A stretch of DNA of 64,000 bases. Source: an uncultured Pedosphaera sp. (lineage in GTDB: Bacteria > Verrucomicrobiota > Verrucomicrobiia > Limisphaerales > UBA1100). This document shows, piece by piece, positions 18,976-28,644 of this stretch. Each line of letters opens with the position of its first letter. Position 1 is the stretch's first letter. Made by a program: the position numbers and the translations under genes. Below the pieces are notes generated by a model that searched no databases, was not told the origin of the DNA, and worked only from the letters and a program-made list of their open reading frames with translations. The stretch lies in contig CAZHJW010000001.1 in the NCBI GenBank assembly GCA_964533265.1, positions 53,254 to 117,253 on the forward strand. The letters run 5' to 3'.

Positions 18976-19718
18976 TGAATCTTGTTATTGACATCGGCAA
19001 TACACACACAGACATGGCCTTCTCAACGCATGGTCGCATTTTCCGCATCGTTAGGTTCCCCACTGAGGACTGGGGTTCCGGTGAAACTGGGAATCGTATT
19101 ACAGGATACACTCAGAATACCCATGTTCAGCTTGTTCTTTGCAGCAGTGTTGCGCCATCCGCAACACGAATGGCAGAAAAGTTTTTTACTAAAAGTGGAT
19201 TACGGTTTATTCCGCTCACGCACCTTAATTGTGGGCTTACGATTGATTACCCTCAACCAGAAACAATAGGCCCCGATCGTCTTGCAAATGCTATTGGAGC
19301 CATGGATGAATTTGGGGCTCCGGTCGTGGTTGTTGATTTCGGCACCGCAGTTACTTTTGATATCATCAATAAAAAAGGTGCTTACGTAGGCGGTATTATT
19401 GCTCCGGGTCTTTCTGCCATGACAGATTACTTGCACGAAAAAACCGAGTTGCTCCCGCGGATAAAGCTTCGGAAGCCGCGCAGAGTTATCGGGAAAACAA
19501 CAGAAGAAGCTATGCAAATTGGGGCCATTCATGGCTACCAGAGCATGGTTCAAGGACTTTTAAGGCAAATAAACAATTCATTAAAATCAACTTTAGTTCC
19601 CGCGATAGCTACAGGAGGCTGTGCAAAGCTGATATGCAAGCATGCTCCTGAATCTTTCGCCCTCAGGCCTCGCCTCACCCTCAATGGGCTGCGGCTTGCT
19701 TCAAATAGGATCAATTGA
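18975..19718 (+). CDS. coaX: type III pantothenate kinase
   Basis: 247-aa ORF. It has MNLVIDIGNTHT, IGPDRLANAIGA and VVVDFGTAVTFD (ASKHA fold, Baf/CoaX family). The start overlaps the birA stop by 1 nt. Confidence 0.9.
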   Translation: MNLVIDIGNTHTDMAFSTHGRIFRIVRFPTEDWGSGETGNRITGYTQNTHVQLVLCSSVAPSATRMAEKFFTKSGLRFIPLTHLNCGLTIDYPQPETIGPDRLANAIGAMDEFGAPVVVVDFGTAVTFDIINKKGAYVGGIIAPGLSAMTDYLHEKTELLPRIKLRKPRRVIGKTTEEAMQIGAIHGYQSMVQGLLRQINNSLKSTLVPAIATGGCAKLICKHAPESFALRPRLTLNGLRLASNRIN

Positions 19719-19733
19719 CATTCTTTCCACCCA

Positions 19734-20528
19734 ATGAACCGTATCAATAAATGCTTCGAGTTTCTTCGTGAAAACAGTTTAAAAGGGTTTATTGCATACA
19801 TTGGAGCTGGGGATCCGGATCTTGATGCAACTAAAGCTTTATCACTCAGCTTGGCGGATTCTGGGGTCGATATACTCGAATTAGGAATCCCTTTTAGTGA
19901 TCCATTGGCAGATGGATTAGTTAATCAACTTGCGGCCCAGCGAGGTCTTAAAAGCGGCACGACACCTGAAGGCGTGCTCGACACAGTAAAAAAGATTCGC
20001 GAGAGGTCGGAAATACCCATTGTTTTGTATATTTACTTTAACCTCATCCATCGACGTGGTTTGAGTGAATTCATTCATTTAGCCGCTGAGGCAGGGGTGG
20101 ATGGACTTCTCGTGCTTGACCTTCCACCGGAGGAGGCTGATGAGTATCAGGTTCTGATGAAGCAGGCTGGCTTGGCTAGCATTTGGCTGATTGCCCCAAC
20201 TACGCCAGAAGATCGTATCCGCTCCATTGCGCTCCGCGGCACTGGTTTCATATATTATGTTTCACGAGAAGGTGTAACCGGAATACGGAAAGATATCGCA
20301 AGCAGTCTAAGTCAGCGCTTGGGGTTGATCAGGAAATACACTAACCTTCCAATTGCTGTTGGTTTCGGCGTCTCGACATCAGATCAAGTCCGTGAGGTCG
20401 CCGCCAATTGCGATGCTGTTGTTGTAGGAAGTGCTATTGTAAGCCAAATTGCGGAACACGGTAATGATTCTGAAACGCCCACTAAATTGGGGGAATTTGT
20501 TAAAGAGCTCGCCTCTGGGTTAAAGTGA
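19734..20528 (+). CDS. trpA: tryptophan synthase alpha chain
   Basis: 264-aa ORF carrying the signature ILELGIPFSDPLADG. No trpB is adjacent. Confidence 0.9.
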   Translation: MNRINKCFEFLRENSLKGFIAYIGAGDPDLDATKALSLSLADSGVDILELGIPFSDPLADGLVNQLAAQRGLKSGTTPEGVLDTVKKIRERSEIPIVLYIYFNLIHRRGLSEFIHLAAEAGVDGLLVLDLPPEEADEYQVLMKQAGLASIWLIAPTTPEDRIRSIALRGTGFIYYVSREGVTGIRKDIASSLSQRLGLIRKYTNLPIAVGFGVSTSDQVREVAANCDAVVVGSAIVSQIAEHGNDSETPTKLGEFVKELASGLK

Positions 20529-20529
20529 T

Positions 20530-21675
20530 ATGCCAGTAAAAAAAGTTTCACGAGATAGAGACCGGTTTGCTGTAATTTTAGCCGGCGGCAAAGGAGAGAG
20601 GTTTTGGCCATTAAGCCGCGAGGCATCGCCGAAGCAACTGTTGGCTCTTTTCGATAAGAAATCATTCCTTCAGCATGCCGTTGAAAGGATCAAGCCCGTT
20701 GTGCCGGTTAAGAATATTTATGTTATCACCAATCAGGCGCAGGTTCAGGCGGTGAAGAATCAACTGCCTAAAGTTCCAAAGGATAACATTATAGCTGAAC
20801 CCTGTGGTCGTGACACATGCCCCGCCGTAGCGCTTGCCGCTGCACTAGTTGGAGCGCGTAGCGCAACCGGCACTATGGCGATCCTTCCTGCTGATCATCT
20901 AATTCCTAAGAATAGTGAAAAAAAATTCCAGAAAATTCTGGAAGAAAGCTATGATTTAGCCAGTCGCGGGCAGGCCATCATTACCATTGGGATTAAGCCT
21001 ACAGGGCCAGAAACAGGATACGGTTACATTAAAATGGGAGATGTTTTGCCGGCACCCAAAAAACGCAAGGCATATAAAACCGCCTTCCATGTTGCCCGAC
21101 GTTTTGTCGAAAAGCCAAACTTTGACCGTGCTGTTAAATACCTGAACGATGGCGATTATCGATGGAATGCCGGAATGTTTGTCTTTTCTTTCCCAACAAT
21201 GACAGAGAGCTTGCTCAAACATCAGAAACCACTTTACGACATGTGCCAAAAATGGTTTCAGGTGGCTGGGAGCCCGGTTAAGCTGAGAAAATCGCTATCC
21301 AGGGATTACCCCAACATAAAAAAGGTATCTTTTGACTATGGGATAATGGAACACGCAAATAATGTATTGGTTGCTGATGGTGACTTCCATTGGGATGACC
21401 TAGGGGCTTGGCCGGCTCTGGCGCGCCATCTTAAACCGGATGCGGAGGGGAATTGCGCCGAAGCAGATTTCATCCATGTAGATGCCGCACGAAACATTAT
21501 TTTTGATGCAAGAACCAAAAAGAGTCGCAAGCTTATTGCGGTCGTGGGTTTAAGAGATTGTGTCATTGTGCAGACTGATGACACAACGTTGATTGCCCAT
21601 AAGCGGGCTACTGCAAAGATGCGTGAACTTGTTTCAAAATTATCTGCCAACCGTGCTTATAAACATTTGATTTAA
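20530..21675 (+). CDS. mannose-1-phosphate guanylyltransferase (nucleotidyltransferase domain only)
   Basis: 381-aa ORF. FAVILAGGKGERFWPLSR and YGYI blocks are present. There is no C-terminal cupin/PMI domain of the long bifunctional form. Confidence 0.82.
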   Translation: MPVKKVSRDRDRFAVILAGGKGERFWPLSREASPKQLLALFDKKSFLQHAVERIKPVVPVKNIYVITNQAQVQAVKNQLPKVPKDNIIAEPCGRDTCPAVALAAALVGARSATGTMAILPADHLIPKNSEKKFQKILEESYDLASRGQAIITIGIKPTGPETGYGYIKMGDVLPAPKKRKAYKTAFHVARRFVEKPNFDRAVKYLNDGDYRWNAGMFVFSFPTMTESLLKHQKPLYDMCQKWFQVAGSPVKLRKSLSRDYPNIKKVSFDYGIMEHANNVLVADGDFHWDDLGAWPALARHLKPDAEGNCAEADFIHVDAARNIIFDARTKKSRKLIAVVGLRDCVIVQTDDTTLIAHKRATAKMRELVSKLSANRAYKHLI

Positions 21676-22790
21676 CAGATCCCTAGAACTTCCTGTTGCC
21701 ACGGCAGAACATCATCGAAAACACCCTCCGCTTCGCAGGCCAACCTTACCATGGTCGCTCTGCTTGCGATAATTGTCGGGTCAATTGAAAGTCCCGACGC
21801 TTCTTTGTCACGTTTCTTTTGAATCTCCTCAAAACGTTTCTTTTGATGTGGAGTAATGTGTTTTCGAGGGGGTGACTTATGACGTTCAGGCAACTCATCG
21901 CTGGGTGCAGACTTAGAAGATTTAATGCATTTTAGTATTTCTCGTTTTCTATAATCGGGGATACGGCGAGGCAACCACTTTACAATATCTCCCTCCCCGG
22001 TTGATTCTTCTGACATCTTCACCATGACCTCTGGTGATAATACGAAATACGGAGGCCGATTCCGGCGTCTGGCCTCTTTTTCTCGCCAATGCCACAGCCC
22101 TTTGAGCACGGATAATGCTGCAGGGTCTAATCTGGCACTCCCTTTAATTCGCCAAATCTTATCCGAATCTGGATTCTGTATTGTAGAATTGACACGAACC
22201 AGCCGATCGCATTCCTGCTTGTGCCAACCTGCTCTACCTAATTCATTTAGTTCATCTGCCAAGGCATCAACCAATGATTTTAAATGTCGGGTATCATTCA
22301 GCGCGTATTCGCGCATTCTATCGGTTAAGGGGCGCTTCGCCCAATTCGCTTTCTGTGAGGTCTTTTCCAACCCCACTCCTAGGATTTCACTAACAAGGTG
22401 TGAGAGGCCAAATTGAATCCTGCCAGCGATTCTCGCTGCTAGCATGGTATCGAATATGGCATTCGGGACAAAATTATGCCCCATTTTAAATAATCGAATG
22501 TCATAATCTGAACCATGCATCAAAAGTGTATGCCTGTTCAGCGATGCGAAGAGTCGCTTCAAATCTATTCCTGACAAAGGATCAACAAGAACGTCACTGT
22601 CTGGTATGGAAATCTGGATGAGGCACAGCTTCTCAGGGTATGCGTGCAAGCTGTCCGCCTCGGTATCTAAAGCCACCCAAGGAGCCTGATCCAGATCGTC
22701 AACGAAAGAAGAAAGAGCCTCCTGACTATTAATCACCGCCGCGCAGTTAACCGGACACACCCCATTGACGTCCAGAAATAGCACCTCCAA
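21672..22790 (-). CDS. rnd: ribonuclease D (DEDD 3'-5' exonuclease with HRDC-like region)
   Basis: 372-aa ORF. WVALDTEADSLHAYPEKLCLIQIS (ExoI), HGSDYDI and YALNDTRHL (ExoIII) motifs are present. It converges on the upstream gene with a 4-nt overlap. Confidence 0.82.
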   Translation of the reverse strand: MEVLFLDVNGVCPVNCAAVINSQEALSSFVDDLDQAPWVALDTEADSLHAYPEKLCLIQISIPDSDVLVDPLSGIDLKRLFASLNRHTLLMHGSDYDIRLFKMGHNFVPNAIFDTMLAARIAGRIQFGLSHLVSEILGVGLEKTSQKANWAKRPLTDRMREYALNDTRHLKSLVDALADELNELGRAGWHKQECDRLVRVNSTIQNPDSDKIWRIKGSARLDPAALSVLKGLWHWREKEARRRNRPPYFVLSPEVMVKMSEESTGEGDIVKWLPRRIPDYRKREILKCIKSSKSAPSDELPERHKSPPRKHITPHQKKRFEEIQKKRDKEASGLSIDPTIIASRATMVRLACEAEGVFDDVLPWQQEVLGIC

Positions 22791-22853
22791 TTATTAACAG
22801 TCTCCCTAAATACAATTTGCTCATGAGCCAACCTAATCTTATGGTTCTTTCAC

Positions 22854-22945
22854 GGAAGGGTGGCTGAGCCCGGTTTAAGGCGCTCGATTCGAAATCGAGT
22901 GAACGGGAAACTGTTCCGTGGGTTCGAATCCCACCCCTTCCGCCA
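22854..22945 (+). tRNA. tRNA-Ser (anticodon CGA), CCA encoded
   Basis: Folded by eye. The acceptor stem is GGAAGGG/CCCTTCC. The anticodon stem is CTCGA/TCGAG with loop TTCGAAA (anticodon CGA). It has a long variable arm (TGAACGGGAAACTGTTCCG), a T-arm GGTTCGAATCC, discriminator G and terminal CCA. Confidence 0.92.
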
Positions 22946-22950
22946 ATTTA

Positions 22951-23934
22951 ATGAAAAAAATAGATATGCACGTCCATATGGTGGGGAATGCAGCTAGCGG
23001 GCATGGGTGTTGGGTTCGTGTCACTGCGCTCAAGGCGCCCTTGTATGCCCTGATGTTGCGGAAACTGAAATTGGAGTTTAGTGATTTAAAAAAACCTTCC
23101 TTTGACGATCTATTCCGAGACAGGCTATTAAACTTTATTAGCACATCCGAAATAGACGGGGTATGCCTTCTGGCGCAAGAAGCTGTTTATAAGGATGATG
23201 GAACCGTATGGGAAGACGCTGGCAATGCCTTTGTTCCTAACGACTACGTCCTGGGCTTGGCGCGCGATTACAAGGAGTTCATCCCTGCAGTCTCCATACA
23301 TCCAGGCAGACATGATGCCATTGATGAGCTAAACCAGTGCCTCGAATTGGGTGCAGCCATGATGAAATGCCTGCCCAATTGCCAAAACATTAACTGCAAC
23401 GACTCAAAATTTAAGCCTTTTTGGAATCGCATGGCTGAAGAGGGGCTTCCCTTGCTTGCACATACCGGAGGAGAGCATACTTTGCAGGTGGTTAACGCAG
23501 ATTACGCTAACCCTGAAACTCTCCGTCTTCCGCTTGAATGCGGAGTAAATGTAATTGCCGCGCATGCCGCAACGGGTAGCGGTCCCTTTGATCCAGACTA
23601 TGTGCCTACACTTATCCGATTGATGGGGGAATTTCAGAATCTTTATGCTGACACAAGCGCTTTAAATGTACCAACCCGAAGTTACGGTCTTCGACCCTGT
23701 CTTGAAAATGAATTGCTCGCAGGCCGGGTGGTTCATGGTAGCGACTACCCTGTCCCTACCTCTCCGACATGGGCGTGGCTGCGTGGGTTAATCGATTCCG
23801 AACAATGGGCCTCACTTAAAAGAATCAGTAACCCTATTGAGCAGGATTATCAAGCCAAGGCAGCGGCGGGATTTCCAGATTCACATTTTACCCGAATCAA
23901 CACTCTATTACGGACGGCTAAAGAAGATTCTTAA
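22951..23934 (+). CDS. metal-dependent amidohydrolase (TIM-barrel, amidohydrolase_2-like)
   Basis: I moved the start to the ATG at 22951 (MKKIDMHVHMVGN) because the tracked 22918 start lies inside the tRNA. HVH metal motif, AHTGGEH and HGSDYPV blocks are present. Confidence 0.75.
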   Translation: MKKIDMHVHMVGNAASGHGCWVRVTALKAPLYALMLRKLKLEFSDLKKPSFDDLFRDRLLNFISTSEIDGVCLLAQEAVYKDDGTVWEDAGNAFVPNDYVLGLARDYKEFIPAVSIHPGRHDAIDELNQCLELGAAMMKCLPNCQNINCNDSKFKPFWNRMAEEGLPLLAHTGGEHTLQVVNADYANPETLRLPLECGVNVIAAHAATGSGPFDPDYVPTLIRLMGEFQNLYADTSALNVPTRSYGLRPCLENELLAGRVVHGSDYPVPTSPTWAWLRGLIDSEQWASLKRISNPIEQDYQAKAAAGFPDSHFTRINTLLRTAKEDS

Positions 23935-25027
23935 GGGCGCCAATAACCTTATCGACATTTTCCATTGATGAGGAATGGCCCATTAAACCAATCCGCCAGA
24001 CCTTCCCGGCGAGTGGCCCTAAACCGGCCCCAACTTCAATTCCGTTCTCAGCGAGAAGACTATTGCGGATCCCTGCCTCATCAACATTCTCAGGCACGGT
24101 TACTGTATTGAGCTGCCATAATTGATGCCCTTCTTGCGAGGCCACTGACAGGCCAAGCTCTGAAAGTCCTGTTTTTAATCTAATGTGATTCGCCTTGTGA
24201 CGATCCCAACTCTCTTCGAGCCCTTCACCCAGCGCTAAGCGCAAGGATTCATGCAGGGCATAGTTCATAGTGATGGGGGCTGTGTGGTGGTAGGTGCGAG
24301 CCCCTTTGCCCCAGTAATTGGCCAGCAGGCCAACATCCAAATACCAACTTTGCACCTTTCCTTTGCGTGACTTAATGAGGTCCATGGCGCGACTACTTAA
24401 GGTTACTGGAGATAATCCAGGGGGGCAACTTAGGCATTTTTGCGTGCCGCTATAAGCGGCATCTATGCCCCAATCGTCAATTCTTACCGGACAACCTCCA
24501 AGCGAAGTAACCGTATCAATTAGCATCAATGCGCCAGCCTCATGGGCAAGATTGGCGATCTCCTCAATAGGTGTTAATACACCCGTAGAAGTCTCTGCGT
24601 GCACTATAGCAACCATCTTGGGGCTTCGATTCTTCAATGCATCAGTAATTTGATCAGGTTCGATAATTTTCCCCCATTCTGATTCCACCTTCACAACCGA
24701 GGCCCCGCAACGTTCAGCAACTTCGACCATGCGTGTGCCAAACACACCGTTAACACCAATGACAACCTCGTCCCCAGGCTCAATGAGGTTAGCAAAGCAA
24801 AATTCCATTCCTGCACTTCCGGTACCGCTAACGGGAAAGGTTATTTCATTATCGGTAAGAAAAATCTTTCGCAGCATCGACTTGATTTCTTCCATCATGT
24901 CAATAAACGATGGGTCAAGATGCCCTACTAGAGGCTGGCTCATGGCCTTTAGGACCGAGGGGGGCACTTCGCTGGGGCCTGGGCCTAGGAGAATCCGACT
25001 TGGCGGGGTAAAGGGCTGAAAATTCAT
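23918..25027 (-). CDS. class V aminotransferase (alanine/serine--glyoxylate aminotransferase type)
   Basis: The likely start is the ATG at 25027 (MNFQPFTPPSRILLGPGPSEV...), 12 codons inside the tracked ORF. The PLP-lysine block is YSGTQKCLSCPPG. HLDPSF and IVHAETSTG are typical of the AGXT/SGAT family. Confidence 0.85.
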   Translation of the reverse strand: MNFQPFTPPSRILLGPGPSEVPPSVLKAMSQPLVGHLDPSFIDMMEEIKSMLRKIFLTDNEITFPVSGTGSAGMEFCFANLIEPGDEVVIGVNGVFGTRMVEVAERCGASVVKVESEWGKIIEPDQITDALKNRSPKMVAIVHAETSTGVLTPIEEIANLAHEAGALMLIDTVTSLGGCPVRIDDWGIDAAYSGTQKCLSCPPGLSPVTLSSRAMDLIKSRKGKVQSWYLDVGLLANYWGKGARTYHHTAPITMNYALHESLRLALGEGLEESWDRHKANHIRLKTGLSELGLSVASQEGHQLWQLNTVTVPENVDEAGIRNSLLAENGIEVGAGLGPLAGKVWRIGLMGHSSSMENVDKVIGALKNLL

Positions 25028-25088
25028 CGCGCGGACCGTAGCCACTACTCTGGACACGAGCAATGGTTTTAGTCAATGTGTCTGCGGC

Positions 25089-26522
25089 ATGGATCAAGAG
25101 GAACTCGCTGAACAACTTCGCGCCATATGCGGTTCAGAATCGGTTATCACCGACAAGCGGGATCTGGTTGTCTATGAATGTGATGCGTATACTCTTCAAA
25201 AGAATCTGCCTACCGCCGTTGTGCTCCCCAAAAATACTGAGGAGATCGTGGCTGTTGTGCGTTTGTGCGCTGAGAATGAATTGCCTATCATCCCGCGTGG
25301 GGCAGGAACAAGTCTGAGCGGCACGGTTTTAGCGGTAGATGGAGGGGTGATGATTGCTCTCACCCGCATGAATAGCATTCTAAGTCTCGATGCCCGAAAT
25401 CGTCGCGCCCTGGTTGAAGCGGGGTGCGTTAATTCCTGGATTACCCGGGAGGCAGATAAACACGGGCTCTTTTTTGCCCCTGACCCTTCCAGCCAGTCGG
25501 CATGTACAATCGGCGGGAATGTCGCTACGAATGCCGGCGGCCCTCACACTCTTAAAAATGGAGTGACTACAAATCATATCCTGGGTTATGAAATTGTTTT
25601 ACCTGACGGATCGATAGAGTGGCTTGGGGTAACTCCAAATGGCGGCGAGGAAATCGGGGGGTTCGATCTACGAGGCGCCGCAATAGGCTGCGAAGGAATG
25701 TTTGGCATCGTTACCAGAGTGTTGGTTCGCTTAGTCAAGAAACCCGCATCTTTCAAAACATACTTGGGCGTTTTTGATAGTGTGGATGAGGCTAGTCAAA
25801 CTGTTAGTAATATTATTGCTGCAGGAATCGTGCCGGCTGCCCTTGAAATGATGGATCAACTAATTACCCGTGCGGTAGAAGAAGCGTATAATTTTGGATT
25901 CCCTCTCGATGCAGGGGCTGTCCTTATTATCGAGTTAGATGGCTTGGCTGAAGGCGTCGAGGCTCAAGGTCAAATCGTTGAAACCATCTGTAAACGCAAT
26001 AAAGCAAAAGAGATTAGAGTAGCCAAGGATGAAGGGGAACGTGCGGCAATCTGGAAATGCCGCAAGAGGGCTTTTGGAGCTGTCGGTCGGATCAGCCCAA
26101 ATTACGTAACGCAAGACGGAGTTGTTCCAAGAAGTAAGGTTCCTGAGATTATGCGGTTTATTCAAGCAACCAGTCAGAAATACAACCTGAGGATCCCTAA
26201 TGTTTTCCACGCGGGAGACGGCAACATACACCCCTTAATTCTCTTTGATGAACGGATAGACGGGGAAGTGAAACAAGCGCTCAGAGCCGGAGAAGACATT
26301 TTAAATAAATGCATCGAACTGGGGGGGAGCGTAAGCGGGGAACACGGTATCGGCGCAGAGAAAATAGATTTTATGGAACGCCAATTCTCCAAGAACGATC
26401 TCGAGGCCATGCAGATCTTGCGAATAGCTTTTGATCCCAAAAAAAAATGCAACCCTCATAAAATGTTCCCAGGCAGTAAACGTTGTTCAGAGTTTGCCCC
26501 TCGAAAACAGGCCGCCGCATGA
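25089..26522 (+). CDS. glcD: glycolate oxidase subunit GlcD (FAD-linked oxidase)
   Basis: 477-aa ORF. It has a PCMH FAD-binding domain (IIPRGAGTSLSG) and a C-terminal block GGSVSGEHGIG. It is followed by glcE and glcF. Confidence 0.9.
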   Translation: MDQEELAEQLRAICGSESVITDKRDLVVYECDAYTLQKNLPTAVVLPKNTEEIVAVVRLCAENELPIIPRGAGTSLSGTVLAVDGGVMIALTRMNSILSLDARNRRALVEAGCVNSWITREADKHGLFFAPDPSSQSACTIGGNVATNAGGPHTLKNGVTTNHILGYEIVLPDGSIEWLGVTPNGGEEIGGFDLRGAAIGCEGMFGIVTRVLVRLVKKPASFKTYLGVFDSVDEASQTVSNIIAAGIVPAALEMMDQLITRAVEEAYNFGFPLDAGAVLIIELDGLAEGVEAQGQIVETICKRNKAKEIRVAKDEGERAAIWKCRKRAFGAVGRISPNYVTQDGVVPRSKVPEIMRFIQATSQKYNLRIPNVFHAGDGNIHPLILFDERIDGEVKQALRAGEDILNKCIELGGSVSGEHGIGAEKIDFMERQFSKNDLEAMQILRIAFDPKKKCNPHKMFPGSKRCSEFAPRKQAAA

Positions 26523-27418
26523 TTTTGTTTCCCTCCAGCAAAGAGGAGCTTGGGGCTCAACTGCGTGAAACAGAAGTGTTAATTGATGAAATCGACCTGT
26601 CGAAAATAAATCAGCTGATTGATCACTGCCCCGATGACATGACTGCAACCGTCGAAGCAGGCATGAAGTTGAGCGATTTTCAGGATGTTATCCGTATAGG
26701 AGGACAATGGCTGCCGGTAGACCCACCTAATCCGAAAGCCCTTACCATCAGTGAATTAATTTTATCAAACGCAAGCGGCCCTTCTCGTTATGGTTTCGGA
26801 ACAATTCGAGACTGGTTAATAGGGGTTCGCTTCTTCCTTTCTGACGGCAGAAGCATTTTCAATGGAGGACGCGTGGTGAAAAATGTTGCAGGGTTTGACT
26901 TATGCAAACTAATAGTCGGGAGCAAAGGGGCTCTAGGGGTGATCACTGAAGCTACATTTAAGCTAATGCCAATTGCTGAAGAAAACGTATCCTTTAGCGC
27001 CTCTTGTGAATCTCTGGAAGAAGCTTCGGGAATGATCGAGGCGATTTGGGCCAGCTCCATACAGCCATCCGCCTTGGATTTAGTACGTGAAAAGGGGCAA
27101 CTGCTATTAGTTTTAGGGATCAGTGGGTTCAAGCCTGATGTGGTCGCACAAATGAAATCTGCTGAAAATATCGGTAATTTTATACCTGGCAAGTTAGACT
27201 ATGAAGGCCGTCTTAGGAATGGGATGGGTAAGACTATTTCAGTTCTCCCAGAGTTGATAATACCTGCTTTAAATAAGCTTGGAGATGTTGATTTTGTAAG
27301 CCGAGCAGGCAATGGGATTATTTACACCGAAGGAGAAGCTTCGCCTCCTGCTTGGAATCAGATTGAAAAACGTGTTAAGGCACAATTCGATCCAAAAGGA
27401 ATACTGACACCCTTATGA
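26519..27418 (+). CDS. glcE: glycolate oxidase FAD-binding subunit GlcE
   Basis: The ATG at 26519 overlaps the glcD stop (ATGA). It gives MILFPSSKEEL... and the block KNVAGFDLCKLIVGSKGALGVITEATFKL. Its position between glcD and glcF supports the call. Confidence 0.85.
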   Translation: MILFPSSKEELGAQLRETEVLIDEIDLSKINQLIDHCPDDMTATVEAGMKLSDFQDVIRIGGQWLPVDPPNPKALTISELILSNASGPSRYGFGTIRDWLIGVRFFLSDGRSIFNGGRVVKNVAGFDLCKLIVGSKGALGVITEATFKLMPIAEENVSFSASCESLEEASGMIEAIWASSIQPSALDLVREKGQLLLVLGISGFKPDVVAQMKSAENIGNFIPGKLDYEGRLRNGMGKTISVLPELIIPALNKLGDVDFVSRAGNGIIYTEGEASPPAWNQIEKRVKAQFDPKGILTPL

Positions 27419-28644
27419 TCCAGGATTTTATTGATGAGGAAAAATCTTTGTCCTGCGTTCACTGCGGGCTTTGCCTCTCCTCCTGTCCGACATATCTGGA
27501 GACAGGTAATGAAAATGATTCGCCTAGGGGACGCATTTATCTGATGAGAGCTATTCAGTCGGAGCGTCTGGCTCTCGATAACGCAACGGTGCGGCACATC
27601 GACCTATGCCTGGGCTGCCGCGCCTGTGAGAATGCTTGCCCCAGTGGTGTAGAATACGGTCACCTCCTGGAGCACACACGTAATTTTATTGAAAGCACAT
27701 ACCGCAGGAGTTTCATTCAGACTCTTCTAAGAAGAATAGTTATAGAGAAGGTATTCCCGTTTCCTTGGCGACTAAAGTTAGTTCTGTTTTTTGGCAGGGC
27801 AGCCAGATCGCGGGCGATCCGATGGATCTTGCCGTCTTTCGCTAAAGAGAGCCTCTCGCTATTACCTAACAAATCGACAAGCAGAAAACCTCAAAGACAT
27901 TCACCGGCAAAAGGGGAAAAGAAAGGAAACGTTGGCTTTATAGATGGGTGCGTCATGCAGGTAATGTTTGGGGACGCTAATGAAAATTCCATAAAATTAT
28001 TAAACCATGCGGGTTGGGCGGTGTCATCGCCTAAAGAGCAAAATTGTTGCGGTGCACTCTACGCTCACAGCGGTCAACTGGAAAAAGCAAAAGAGTGCGC
28101 ACGTAAGAATATCGCCGCTTTTGAGGAGCATCAGCTTAATGCGATTATTATTAATGCTGCTGGTTGCGGTTCCACGCTCAAGGAATACGGGGAACTGCTT
28201 AAGGAAGATCCCAAATGGAGCAAAAGAGCAGAGGAATTCAGTTCCAAGGTCAAAGACCTAAGCGAGTGGGTTAAGCCTGAAGACTTCAAATCCTCGAATA
28301 ACGACATAAGAGTAACTTACCATGACGCCTGCCACCTGGCTCATCCTCAAGGAATCACGACAGAGCCAAGAGATTTAGTGAAAGCTGTGGCAGGGGCGAA
28401 TTTTGTGGAACTGGCAGAGGCAGATGTATGTTGCGGAAGTGCGGGTAGTTATAATTTAACAGAACCGAAGATGGCTGAACGATTGCAGAAACGAAAAGTG
28501 GATAATCTAATCGCAACAGGGGCGAAAATCGTTGTCACATCAAACCCTGGTTGCCTCCTTCAGATTCAATCAGGGATCAAAAAGGAAGGGTCTGAAATTA
28601 AAATCATGCATATTGCCGATTACCTCATTGAGTACGGCGAATAA
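27415..28644 (+). CDS. glcF: glycolate oxidase iron-sulfur subunit GlcF
   Basis: 409-aa ORF. It has two ferredoxin-type clusters (CVHCGLCLSSCP; CLGCRACENACP) followed by two CCG cysteine-rich domains (CCGA..., CCGSAG...). Confidence 0.9.
   Translation: MIQDFIDEEKSLSCVHCGLCLSSCPTYLETGNENDSPRGRIYLMRAIQSERLALDNATVRHIDLCLGCRACENACPSGVEYGHLLEHTRNFIESTYRRSFIQTLLRRIVIEKVFPFPWRLKLVLFFGRAARSRAIRWILPSFAKESLSLLPNKSTSRKPQRHSPAKGEKKGNVGFIDGCVMQVMFGDANENSIKLLNHAGWAVSSPKEQNCCGALYAHSGQLEKAKECARKNIAAFEEHQLNAIIINAAGCGSTLKEYGELLKEDPKWSKRAEEFSSKVKDLSEWVKPEDFKSSNNDIRVTYHDACHLAHPQGITTEPRDLVKAVAGANFVELAEADVCCGSAGSYNLTEPKMAERLQKRKVDNLIATGAKIVVTSNPGCLLQIQSGIKKEGSEIKIMHIADYLIEYGE

Noticed and set aside
22918-22950. 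Tracked N-terminal extension of the amidohydrolase ORF (start at 22918) and the antisense 89-aa ORF at 22875-23144.
   Set aside because: Both overlap the well-folded tRNA-Ser gene. The ATG at 22951 gives a natural MKKIDMHVHM N-terminus.
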